Source: Acidobacteriota bacterium (GTDB lineage Bacteria > Acidobacteriota > UBA890 > WLXD01). Taken from it: a stretch of 64,000 nt of DNA. Position numbers and translations under genes: made by a program. Location of the stretch: contig CBDFKD010000002.1 of assembly GCA_965248695.1 (NCBI GenBank), positions 384,001-448,000 of the forward strand, written 5' to 3'. Shown one piece after another: positions 1 to 8,816 of this stretch. The notes below the pieces were generated by a model. The model was not told the origin of the DNA. It was given only the letters and a program-made list of their open reading frames with translations, and searched no databases. Each line of letters starts with the position of its first letter. Position 1 is the stretch's first letter.

Positions 1-428
1 GCCTCGGCTGCGGTCAGGGTGAGGAACCCCACCTCGCACATGTAGGTCCACGGATACCGAAATAGCTCGGGCTCGTCGAGTCCGACGATGTTGCCGTTGT
101 CCTGATTCGCAGACATACCGGTGACCAGATCGAGGATCTCGGCCAGACGACGGTCGGCACGCGGATAGTCGTGGTTCCACTTGAGGTCCAGGCCCCATTC
201 GTAACGTCCCGGACGCCACTGCGACGGGTTGAACTTCACGCGCGCAAAGCTGAAGCGACCGTCATACTCCGCGTTCTGGTACTCGACCTCGGGAGCGGGG
301 CCCGTGTTCCCCCTCCTCCTGGAGCCCCATTGCGCGCTTGCAGCAGCGAGGGCGGCGGACGCCACCAGGCAGCCGATGGCCACGGCGCTCACCGTCGCGG
401 TGATCGTCCCGGCGCGCGTGCGGCTCAT
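1..428 (-). CDS. DUF4159-domain protein (partial, runs off window start)
   Basis: Manual translation MSRTRAG...GRFSFARVKF...WNHDYPRADRRL...ELFRYPWTYMCEVG; paralog of 6368-7195; ATG overlaps the upstream TGA (ATGA). Confidence 0.8.
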   Translation of the reverse strand, partial: MSRTRAGTITATVSAVAIGCLVASAALAAASAQWGSRRRGNTGPAPEVEYQNAEYDGRFSFARVKFNPSQWRPGRYEWGLDLKWNHDYPRADRRLAEILDLVTGMSANQDNGNIVGLDEPELFRYPWTYMCEVGFLTLTAAE

Positions 429-3070
429 GTTCCCTCCCGTGCACGTATCGCCAACAGCAACTCCTGCGCTTCCCGGTAGCCGGGCGCGAGCTCCAGAGCC
501 GCGACGACCGCGCGGCGCGCGGCGCGGGTATCACCGCGTCGATCGTGCGCAAAGGCCAGCCGATACAGCGCCGACGCTCGATCGACCGGCGCCAGCGCCA
601 CCACCGCGGCGCGCTCCTGCACCGCAGCGCCCCATTGTTCCAGACTCTCGCGTGCCAGAGCCAACTGCTCATGGCGCGAGATATCCCAAGGGTCGATGAA
701 CATCGATCGCTGCAGGTAGTCCGATGCCTCGTGCGAACGCCCGGCCTGCTCGAGCAGATCCGCAACCTTCAAGTACGCTGGCAGTAGCGTTTCATTGAGC
801 GACAGCAGAGTTCGCAGCTCGGTCACCGCTGCAGTCAAGTCGCCGCGCGCCTCGTGGATCCTCGCCAGATGCACGTACGCACTGTCGGCACCGGCGTAGC
901 CGGGGAAGAGCTGTTTGGCGCGCTCGAGGTACTCGATTGCCTCCTCGCTGTTCTGTTGCGCGAGCGCTGTACCGGCCGAGAGCTGAGCGATGAAGTCCGA
1001 CTCGTCGGCATCGGCGAGCGCCTTCAGATCTGGCGCCGCCACCGTCGGGCGGCGCTCCGTCGGAGCGCGCTTGGCCGCCGCGTCGAGCGCTCGCAACGGT
1101 CCTCGGTAGCGTGCCCGGAGGTACTCGTCGAAGCGGTTGTCCAGGTCGTCGGGCTCGAGGCCGAGTCCGATGCGAATCGCCTCCGCGCCCGTGTACCCGT
1201 CGCGATACGCGTCGAGCAGCGCCAGGATCGCATCGAAGCCATGATCCTCCTCGATCAGCTCGCACACCAGCGACGCTTGCAGGTAGGAGTGCGACAGGTG
1301 CTCCCGGTACCGTGGGCGCGCGAACCCCTCGTTGATCTTACTCACCGGGAGCAGCTGTCCACGCAGGAACGCCAGCAGGAATCCTGGGGTGGCATCATCG
1401 CCCCACGCCTCACGGGCGCGCCGTTCCTCGTAGACCGACAACCCCTCGCTCAACCAACGCGGGACTCGAGAGTCGGTCACCCCGAGCGTTACGACGTGGG
1501 CGATCTCGTGCCAGAGAGTCGAGCCCCAATTGAACAGCCCCATGCCTGGTGTGAGCGGGGCATCCACCGCGACTACCGGACCGAACGCCACCCCGAGCGC
1601 CCCGAGGCCCGCCAGTCCCAGCGTGCGAACAGAGAAGTCCGCGTGCCGGTCGTAGACCTCAATGCGCACCGGAGCCTCGGGTCTGTAGCCGTACTTGGCG
1701 CTCAGCGACTCGTAGGCCTCCTCGGCCAGGGGGCTCATGTACAGCGACAACAGATCGGCGCGGTCGCGATGGATCATCAACCGGAAGCTATCCGTCTCCA
1801 CGGTCCGGTATTCCGCGAACGTGTCGAGCAAGTCCAGCGTGTTCTTGATCCACACGTTGAACGGATCGCCCTCGAATGCCCCTTCGAGACGAGTTCGAGC
1901 TTCTTCGATTCGTCCGATGCGCATCAGATTGATGCCCATGGTGCCGTGGGCGGCCCATAGCGTGGGGTCGATCTCCGTCGCCCGCCGCGCCAGCTCGACC
2001 GAAGCTGCGTACAGACGGTTCTGCACCGCAAGCTCGGCCGCCACAGCGAACAGCTCGCCGTAGTTGGGATCGCGCGACAGAGCCCTGGCGGCGACCGCTT
2101 CGAAGGCCTCGATCTCACCACGCAGGAAGTGGAGCGAGGCCTTCAGCGAGAGCACCTCCATAGAACCGGGGTTGAACGCCAGAGCGCGCTCCACTTCGAC
2201 GCCGGCCGCGTCGTGCGACTCGGCCGCCATCAACAGCCGCGCCCGCAACGCACGCGCCGCGACGAGCTCCGGGTTGAGCTCGAGCGCACGATCGACCTGC
2301 GCCATAGCCTCCGACGATCCGTTGAAATGCGACCGACGGGCAGCGGCCAGGTGAGCTCCCGCGTGACCGGGATTGAACCGCAATACCTCATCGATCAGCG
2401 CCCCGGCCTCGGCGCCGTCGTACTTCGCCAGAAACAGCTCCGCGAGGCGCAGACGCGGCTCCGAGCCCTCCGGGTCGGCTGCAATGGCCTCGTCCAAGGC
2501 CCGCACGGCGTCATGGAACAGGTCCGGGTCGTCGCGCCCGAGGTAGGTGCAAGCAGTCCCAATCGCAGTGAGCTGTTCCGCGTCGAGGGTCGCGGTCGAG
2601 TTGTAGACGTCGATGAACCGGTTGAAGCGACGGTTGGCGGATTCCCGGTCACCGTTCTCGAACTCGAGAACCGCGAGGTTGAGCTCCGCAACCAGCGCGT
2701 CGGCAGCATCCTGCTCGATCGAGGCCTGAAACAGAGCTCGCGCCTCCTCGATCTGTCCACGGGCGTAGAGCAGCTCTCCCCAGCGGTTGGCGATCGCGGC
2801 CGCGTTCCCGGCGGTGCTGAACGCGCGCGCCGCGGCCTCGGCGCGCACGGATTGTCCAGTCACGCGCAAAGCCTGGATCAGCGCCCGTACCTGAGAGACT
2901 GAGGCATCGCCTCGCTCCAGCGCGGACTGCCACACGGCGATCGCCTCCTCGTAGCGGCCGCTTCGCAAGGCCGTCAGCGCCGCCTCGTCCTGGCTCACCG
3001 CTCGGGGCACGTTGGCGCTCGCTGCGCCGACCAGAGTCACGCATGCCAGCACCACCCTAAGCCGTCTCAC
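425..3070 (-). CDS. Secreted TPR-repeat protein with central HExxH (peptidase MA/M1-like) domain
   Basis: Signal peptide, many TPR-like helices, STLWHEIAH...PRWLSEG gluzincin-like motif. Confidence 0.8.
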   Translation of the reverse strand: MRRLRVVLACVTLVGAASANVPRAVSQDEAALTALRSGRYEEAIAVWQSALERGDASVSQVRALIQALRVTGQSVRAEAAARAFSTAGNAAAIANRWGELLYARGQIEEARALFQASIEQDAADALVAELNLAVLEFENGDRESANRRFNRFIDVYNSTATLDAEQLTAIGTACTYLGRDDPDLFHDAVRALDEAIAADPEGSEPRLRLAELFLAKYDGAEAGALIDEVLRFNPGHAGAHLAAARRSHFNGSSEAMAQVDRALELNPELVAARALRARLLMAAESHDAAGVEVERALAFNPGSMEVLSLKASLHFLRGEIEAFEAVAARALSRDPNYGELFAVAAELAVQNRLYAASVELARRATEIDPTLWAAHGTMGINLMRIGRIEEARTRLEGAFEGDPFNVWIKNTLDLLDTFAEYRTVETDSFRLMIHRDRADLLSLYMSPLAEEAYESLSAKYGYRPEAPVRIEVYDRHADFSVRTLGLAGLGALGVAFGPVVAVDAPLTPGMGLFNWGSTLWHEIAHVVTLGVTDSRVPRWLSEGLSVYEERRAREAWGDDATPGFLLAFLRGQLLPVSKINEGFARPRYREHLSHSYLQASLVCELIEEDHGFDAILALLDAYRDGYTGAEAIRIGLGLEPDDLDNRFDEYLRARYRGPLRALDAAAKRAPTERRPTVAAPDLKALADADESDFIAQLSAGTALAQQNSEEAIEYLERAKQLFPGYAGADSAYVHLARIHEARGDLTAAVTELRTLLSLNETLLPAYLKVADLLEQAGRSHEASDYLQRSMFIDPWDISRHEQLALARESLEQWGAAVQERAAVVALAPVDRASALYRLAFAHDRRGDTRAARRAVVAALELAPGYREAQELLLAIRAREGT

Positions 3071-4065
3071 TGGCTTACCTCGGTGCGCGCGCGGATTGCC
3101 ACGTCGATCTCGGCGATCCGCACCAAGAGGTCCTCGAGCTGCGCCAGATAGTCGTCCTCCGACAGGTCGGACTTGGAGGCGCGAAGCCGATCGAGTGCCG
3201 CCTGCTGCTCACCTCGGTCGACCAACATCGCCCGCAACTGCTCGTCATCGGCAGCTCCCGCACGACGGGCAGCGCTCTGGACGCCTCCGAGGATGAAGCT
3301 GCGCGCCAGCACGCCGTCGGCTTCACCGACCTCCGGAGTCTCGGTGCCGTTGCCGTCACCGTCATCGTCGAGCAGAGCGTTCTCGGTGCGCAGCGTCCCC
3401 TCCAGCTCATAGGCACGTGCCACCTCTGTCCGCGCATAGACGAACGACTCCAGCAACGACACTCCCTGGTCCTTGTCGGTATCGGCAACGTCGGAGCTCA
3501 ACGCGTCAACGAAGAACTGTCCGAACAACGGCTCCTCCCGCTGGCGGGCGCGCGTCGCCGTCACCACGACGCGGCGCGGACCTGCCAGTGTCAGGAACCC
3601 TCCGGACGCGCTCGCCGTGTTGACGAATCCGACGCGTGCGGTCAGCTGATCGAGAAGCGACTCGAACTCCGCCGGCCCCATGTCCGGTCCTGGGAGCGCG
3701 AAGCGACCACCCTCACCCTGCGTGCTGCCGTGCCCGATGAGCACGATCAACACCTGGTCGTCGGGGCCGGTGCGCGCCGCGAAGTCGGCTATGGCGGCGC
3801 TTATCTGCTCGCGGGTGGACCGCGCCACGGCTCGTCCTTCCGCAAGCTCGACACGCTCTGCGAGGTAGGTGATCTGCTCGGCCGGGATCGCGAAGCGCTC
3901 CTGCGCCGCATCGATCAGCTGCAACGAGCGGTCAACGAACTTCTGGCGATGGGCCGCGTCTCCACCCACCCCGCTGACCACGAGCAGCAGGGTGTCCTGA
4001 GCCGTCGCCACGACAGGCCACAGGCCGCCGGCGAGCACCGTCATCGCCAGCGCGGCCCGCCTCAA
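3067..4065 (-). CDS. Secreted protein with caspase/C13-like (clan CD) domain and C-terminal helical tail
   Basis: LIGHGS motif, TASASGGF, VVTAT; TTG start overlapping the upstream stop; start uncertain. Confidence 0.6.
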   Translation of the reverse strand: MRRAALAMTVLAGGLWPVVATAQDTLLLVVSGVGGDAAHRQKFVDRSLQLIDAAQERFAIPAEQITYLAERVELAEGRAVARSTREQISAAIADFAARTGPDDQVLIVLIGHGSTQGEGGRFALPGPDMGPAEFESLLDQLTARVGFVNTASASGGFLTLAGPRRVVVTATRARQREEPLFGQFFVDALSSDVADTDKDQGVSLLESFVYARTEVARAYELEGTLRTENALLDDDGDGNGTETPEVGEADGVLARSFILGGVQSAARRAGAADDEQLRAMLVDRGEQQAALDRLRASKSDLSEDDYLAQLEDLLVRIAEIDVAIRARTEVSQ

Positions 4066-6368
4066 GCCAACCTCCTGAGCTTCCGTAGCGACCACTCGGT
4101 GCCAATCAAGGCGATGAACGCCAGGAAGAAGATCGGCATGTCCCACAGATCCAGAACCTCAGTAACCGTGGTCCCGCCATCGGCGAAGGCCACGTCACCC
4201 GGAAGCTCATCCAGGGTGGCGGCGGTGTAGAACTGCCCCCCTGTCTCGTCGGCGACCCGCTCGAGCAACGAGCGGTTCATCTCCGCCCCGAAGAACTCGC
4301 GCGTCAACTCCGCCGCCTCCCCCGTGATGCTGTCGCTACCCAGTGGCTCGCCGTTGCGCAGTGCCTCGACAACTACTCGGTGATAGCCCTCGGCGGTGGC
4401 CGCAAAGGCGCCCCGGTAGCGCCCGTCGACCTCCACGTCCCATTCCAGCGGCAGCTGACTGGTCTCCCCGGTCGGATCGGTGATCGTGGCAATGACCCTG
4501 GCGTTGTTCACCGCCAGGTAGGTATCGTCGAACACATCGGCGCTCACCTGAACGGACTCACCGACGGCGAAACGATCAAGGCCGAGGTCTGCACGTACCT
4601 GTCCCGGAACGTCGCTGACGAGCCAGCGCAACAGCTGCTGCCAGAGCATCTCGTGCGTCTGATCCTCCAGCGGTATGTCGTGGTGCATTTGCCACTGCCA
4701 GGTATCTGTAACCGTCAGGGCGATCGACTTGCCCGCCCCGTAACGCTGGTAGGCAAGCACGACCTGCGGGTCACTCAACGACTCGGAACGCCCTTCGAGC
4801 AGTGTCGCCGCACCTGGCTTTGTACGCGAGATAAGGTTCACTGTAAGCAGAGGCGGCAGGGTCTCCCACCGCTGCTGGCTCTCCTCGAGCGTGTTCGCCA
4901 GCTGCACCGCCGGATGCGAGCGGCCGAAGAGCGTCGGAGTGACTCCGACCTCGGCGAACCGACCGGGCTCGCTGGCGGCCGGAAGCACGACCGGCAGTAC
5001 GTCGGCTACGGCCGTCCCGGCATAGCCTCCGTTGGCAAACGAATGTCGACCGCCGAGCGCCAGCAAGCCGCCACCCCGCTGCGAGACGAAATCGGCGAGC
5101 ATGCGCAGCTGGTCGGCGGTGAAGAACTCGGCCTCGACGCTGCCGAGGATCACGCCGCTGTATCGATACAGCTGCTCGCGTGTCCGCGGAAACCCGCCGA
5201 AGAGCTCCTGTTCGCCCCCGTAGCGCTCATCCGGGTCGACGATGAGGCTCTGAAACTTGTTCTCGGCCGAACGCACCAGCACCGCCAACGCGATGTTCTG
5301 ATCCTCGTGCATGGCACGGCGGATGAATGCCACCTCGTGCCGTGGCTCACCCTCGAAGTAGAGAATGCGTGCCTGCTCGTCGCTTACGGTGACCAGGGAC
5401 TGCAGCTCGTTGTTGCGCTGCACCATTTCGCCCTCCGCCGGGGCAATGCGGAAGGTGAGCAACCGCGGGCCGGCTTCCTCGGCCAGGAACCGGGTACGCA
5501 CCACCGTGCTCTCGCCGGCGCCCGGCAGGCCGACGTCGATCGTCGACAGGATGCGCCCGTCATCCTCGACGAACAGCTGCACCGTCTCGCCGTCAAAGCC
5601 GCGCTGACGAACCACGACGTCGGCGCCGACGGACGATCCTTGCAGCACCTCGCGCGGGACCTCGACCCGGACCACTTCTATATCGCGCGGGAACTCTTCA
5701 CTGCCCACCCCCACCGCGAAGACCGGGATCGTGGCGTCGCGCAACCGGTTGATGGCCTCGGTAAGGCCGGCGTCAGCGTTGTCGGCGCCGTCGGTCACAA
5801 CCACCAGCCCGGACAACGGTACGCTGGCCAGTTCCTGGCGGGCGCGGTCGAGCGCCCGCGCCAGATTGGTCCGATGGCCCGCGAAACTGAGCTCGTCGAT
5901 ACCGTCGACGCGCGCCGAGCCGGCCGCGAACGAAAACAGGCGCAGCTTGAAGCGCTCCTCGAGGGCGCTCAGCAAGGGGCTCTCGGCGGCCAACCACTCG
6001 CCTATCTGGGCACTACGCGACTGCCCTGCCAGGTCGGCGATACGCATGCTGCGGGAATCATCGATCAGCACGCCGATGAAGTTCTGCTGCGGCACGGCGG
6101 TGGCCACGACGAGCGATGGGCGCATCAGGCACAGCACCAGCAACGCGACAACCGCAATCCGAATCCCGGCCAGTATCTTGCGATCTCTTGGCGACGCCTT
6201 GCCTCCGACGAGCGCGTAGCGCCGTATGGCCGGCACCGCGATCGCTACCAGGAGCACCGCGATCAGCACCGCCGGCCAGGACGGCGACAACAGTAGCCGC
6301 CCCTTCTCGAAGACGAAGGGCTTGTACTTGAACAGCAGCGAGAACAGCGACTCCACGGCCGGCGACAT
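4062..6368 (-). CDS. Membrane protein with VWA and glutamine-amidotransferase-like domains
   Basis: N-terminal TM helices, DDSRSM and VVTDG (MIDAS), GGGLLALGG, C-terminal EWSLRK. Confidence 0.8.
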   Translation of the reverse strand: MSPAVESLFSLLFKYKPFVFEKGRLLLSPSWPAVLIAVLLVAIAVPAIRRYALVGGKASPRDRKILAGIRIAVVALLVLCLMRPSLVVATAVPQQNFIGVLIDDSRSMRIADLAGQSRSAQIGEWLAAESPLLSALEERFKLRLFSFAAGSARVDGIDELSFAGHRTNLARALDRARQELASVPLSGLVVVTDGADNADAGLTEAINRLRDATIPVFAVGVGSEEFPRDIEVVRVEVPREVLQGSSVGADVVVRQRGFDGETVQLFVEDDGRILSTIDVGLPGAGESTVVRTRFLAEEAGPRLLTFRIAPAEGEMVQRNNELQSLVTVSDEQARILYFEGEPRHEVAFIRRAMHEDQNIALAVLVRSAENKFQSLIVDPDERYGGEQELFGGFPRTREQLYRYSGVILGSVEAEFFTADQLRMLADFVSQRGGGLLALGGRHSFANGGYAGTAVADVLPVVLPAASEPGRFAEVGVTPTLFGRSHPAVQLANTLEESQQRWETLPPLLTVNLISRTKPGAATLLEGRSESLSDPQVVLAYQRYGAGKSIALTVTDTWQWQMHHDIPLEDQTHEMLWQQLLRWLVSDVPGQVRADLGLDRFAVGESVQVSADVFDDTYLAVNNARVIATITDPTGETSQLPLEWDVEVDGRYRGAFAATAEGYHRVVVEALRNGEPLGSDSITGEAAELTREFFGAEMNRSLLERVADETGGQFYTAATLDELPGDVAFADGGTTVTEVLDLWDMPIFFLAFIALIGTEWSLRKLRRLA

Positions 6369-7195
6369 CAGTGGCTCATGGCGTAGAGGATCGTGTTCAC
6401 CGCCAGCTGATAGGCGAAGTTCGAAAACTCGATCGGGTAGTACGGGTCATCAACCCATTCCCAGGCATCGCCCAGGTCGGTGTTCCAGTTGATGATCACC
6501 AGCAGACGGTCGTCATCGTCGAAGATGCCGCGCACGTGCGGATAGTAGCCATCCTGCTCCCAGGTCGGGCCGCCACGCGTGATGCGCACGCTCGGCACCT
6601 GCAGGATTTCATCGATGTCGTAGAGCGTATGAAAGATCGGGTGTTCCAGGGGCAAGTCGACGATGCTGTACTCCGGCAACACGCGAGAGATCTCGTACTC
6701 GAAGTTGCGCCACTCCCAGCTGCCCCAGAAGTCGTCGATGAAAAGAAAGCCACCGGCGAGAAGATAGCGTCGAAGCGACGAAACCTCCTCCTCGGTCATG
6801 CTCATGTAACCGACCTCGAGGGCGTAAAGGAACGGGAAGCCGGAGAGCTCCGGATCGGTGAGCAGAACCGGATTCTCGCTCTCGAACGCATCGATGCCGG
6901 TCAGGCGGCGGAGGCCGAAGACGAACTGGCGATCGGCCTTCGGAAAGTCGACCGCCCACGATCCGCGACGTCGATAGCTACCCAGGCCACTGTAGACAGC
7001 CCGGGTGAAATAGAATTCGTGTGGACCGAAGCTGTCGCTGCGCGGCATCGAGCGGCCGTCGAGCGCCGACCGCAGGTCCTCCAGCTCTCGAGCATCCGAG
7101 GGGCGCTGCGCGCCGGCGATCGACCACGACCCGGCGACGCAAATCACCAGCAGCGCACCGGCTGCCATGGTCCTGACGATCCAGCCTCGTTTCAC
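6368..7195 (-). CDS. DUF4159-domain protein
   Basis: FTRAVY, WAVDFPKAD, GGFLFIDDFWG, NTDLGDAWE motifs; GTG start inferred. Confidence 0.85.
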   Translation of the reverse strand: MKRGWIVRTMAAGALLVICVAGSWSIAGAQRPSDARELEDLRSALDGRSMPRSDSFGPHEFYFTRAVYSGLGSYRRRGSWAVDFPKADRQFVFGLRRLTGIDAFESENPVLLTDPELSGFPFLYALEVGYMSMTEEEVSSLRRYLLAGGFLFIDDFWGSWEWRNFEYEISRVLPEYSIVDLPLEHPIFHTLYDIDEILQVPSVRITRGGPTWEQDGYYPHVRGIFDDDDRLLVIINWNTDLGDAWEWVDDPYYPIEFSNFAYQLAVNTILYAMSH

Positions 7196-7340
7196 GCAGC
7201 TTTCCCTGGGGATGGTACGGTCCTCGTACGACGCTCGCGCTGAGGTGGATACGGGGTTTCGCGCATGCTGCATCGCCCCTTCCGAGCCAACATTACCAGT
7301 TTTTGACCAGGGACTGCCGGGTGGCTATGCTGTGGGTCAC

Positions 7341-8192
7341 ATGAGTAAAGAAGCCGTCGGGACAATCGTAGGAACGCCGCATTTCCGCTGGCGCAACGTC
7401 GACAAGACGCCGTTCATCGCCATCGGCGCCTTGCATCTGGCGTGCCTGGCCGCACCCTTCTACTTCACCTGGGGGGCGCTGGCGGTAGGCGTGTTCCTGT
7501 GGTGGGTCGCCGGCGGTTTGGGCATCTGCCTCTGCTACCACCGCCTACTGACCCATCGTAGCTTCAAGACACCCAAGTTCTTCGAATACTTTCTGACCGC
7601 CCTCGGATGCCTCAACTGGCAGGGTGGTCCGATTCGTTGGGTCGGAACACACCGCCTGCACCACAAAGAATCGGATACCGAATTCGACCCCCATTCGCCG
7701 AGGCACGGCTTCGACTGGTCGCACATGCTATGGTGCGTCGTCGAGGATCCGTATGGCCGCAATCGCAACGACTACGCGCCAGACTTGCAGCGCGATCCGG
7801 GGATGCGGCTCCTCGAGCAGTACTTCTGGGTGCCACAGGTGGTGCTCGCACTGCTGCTCTATGTCGCCGGCGGTCTACCGTGGGTGATCTGGGGTATCGC
7901 CGTACGGACGGTGTTCACCTATCACTCTACATGGTTCGTCAACTCCGCCAGCCACACCTGGGGTTACCGGAACTTCAGGACCCGCGAGGAGTCGCGCAAC
8001 CTGTGGTGGGTGGCGCTGCTGGCCTTCGGCGAGGGCTGGCACAACAACCACCACGCCTTCCCGCGCTCCGCCGCTCACGGACTCCGGCGCTTCGAGCTCG
8101 ACCCCACCTACTGGGCGATCAAGGTGCTGTCGTGGGTCGGGTTGGCGAGGGACATCCACCTGCCGGCGCTCGGGAAAGGCCGCGCCCTCTGA
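7341..8192 (+). CDS. Delta-9 acyl-CoA/acyl-lipid desaturase
   Basis: Three His boxes HRLLTH, HRLHH, GEGWHNNHH; TM segments. Confidence 0.92.
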   Translation: MSKEAVGTIVGTPHFRWRNVDKTPFIAIGALHLACLAAPFYFTWGALAVGVFLWWVAGGLGICLCYHRLLTHRSFKTPKFFEYFLTALGCLNWQGGPIRWVGTHRLHHKESDTEFDPHSPRHGFDWSHMLWCVVEDPYGRNRNDYAPDLQRDPGMRLLEQYFWVPQVVLALLLYVAGGLPWVIWGIAVRTVFTYHSTWFVNSASHTWGYRNFRTREESRNLWWVALLAFGEGWHNNHHAFPRSAAHGLRRFELDPTYWAIKVLSWVGLARDIHLPALGKGRAL

Positions 8193-8278
8193 CGACGCAC
8201 GCTGACGACCGATCGCGTGCGGGCCTCGACAACCGATACGAAAGCGGGATGATTCCCGATCCCCTGCCCTAGTGGCCA

Positions 8279-8707
8279 CTAGCCCTTCTCGCTGTCGCGC
8301 GAGCCGCTCAGGCCGTAGCGATCCGCGCCTGCCAGGACATGACCGGCAAGGCAGGCGGCCAGAAAGGTCAGGTTGTTGGCGGTGGTTGGAATGCGGCCCT
8401 GCAAGGTGGTGCCAAAGCCCAGCGCTACCAACAACAGTGCCAAGCCCAGGAACACTTGCCGTGTCCGCCAGCCGGCCAGCAGCGCCAGACCACCGAGCGT
8501 CTCGATGAACGGCAGCGTGTATGCGAATACGTATAGAAACGGCGCCGCGAGTGTCGCACCGAGTATCGAGTCGCTGAAACCCTCGACCATCCCGGCGGAC
8601 GATGCGGGGAATCCTGCGAGCTTGCCGACCCCGAGCGGAAGGAAAAGGGCCGCACCCAAGTACAAGCGCAGCAACAGGACGACGATTGCGGATCGTTCGG
8701 AGCTCAT
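8279..8707 (-). CDS. DoxX-family membrane protein
   Basis: LLRLYLG...GVGKL...PFIETLGGLALLAGWRTR; GGAGG RBS before ATG 8707. Confidence 0.75.
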   Translation of the reverse strand: MSSERSAIVVLLLRLYLGAALFLPLGVGKLAGFPASSAGMVEGFSDSILGATLAAPFLYVFAYTLPFIETLGGLALLAGWRTRQVFLGLALLLVALGFGTTLQGRIPTTANNLTFLAACLAGHVLAGADRYGLSGSRDSEKG

Positions 8708-8816
8708 CGAGCCTCCCTGGTTTCGTCGCGAATGATCAATCGCGAGCCGAGTTGAGCCACGAACACGCCCCAGTGGGCGACAGCGACGTCGGCCACCCGG
8801 CAGGTGGCAGGTCCGG

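Noticed and set aside
854-6296. Long plus-strand ORFs (854-1960, 4380-6296) and similar ones at 14432 and 19018
   Set aside because: Antisense shadows of well-supported genes in high-GC DNA; no recognisable motifs.
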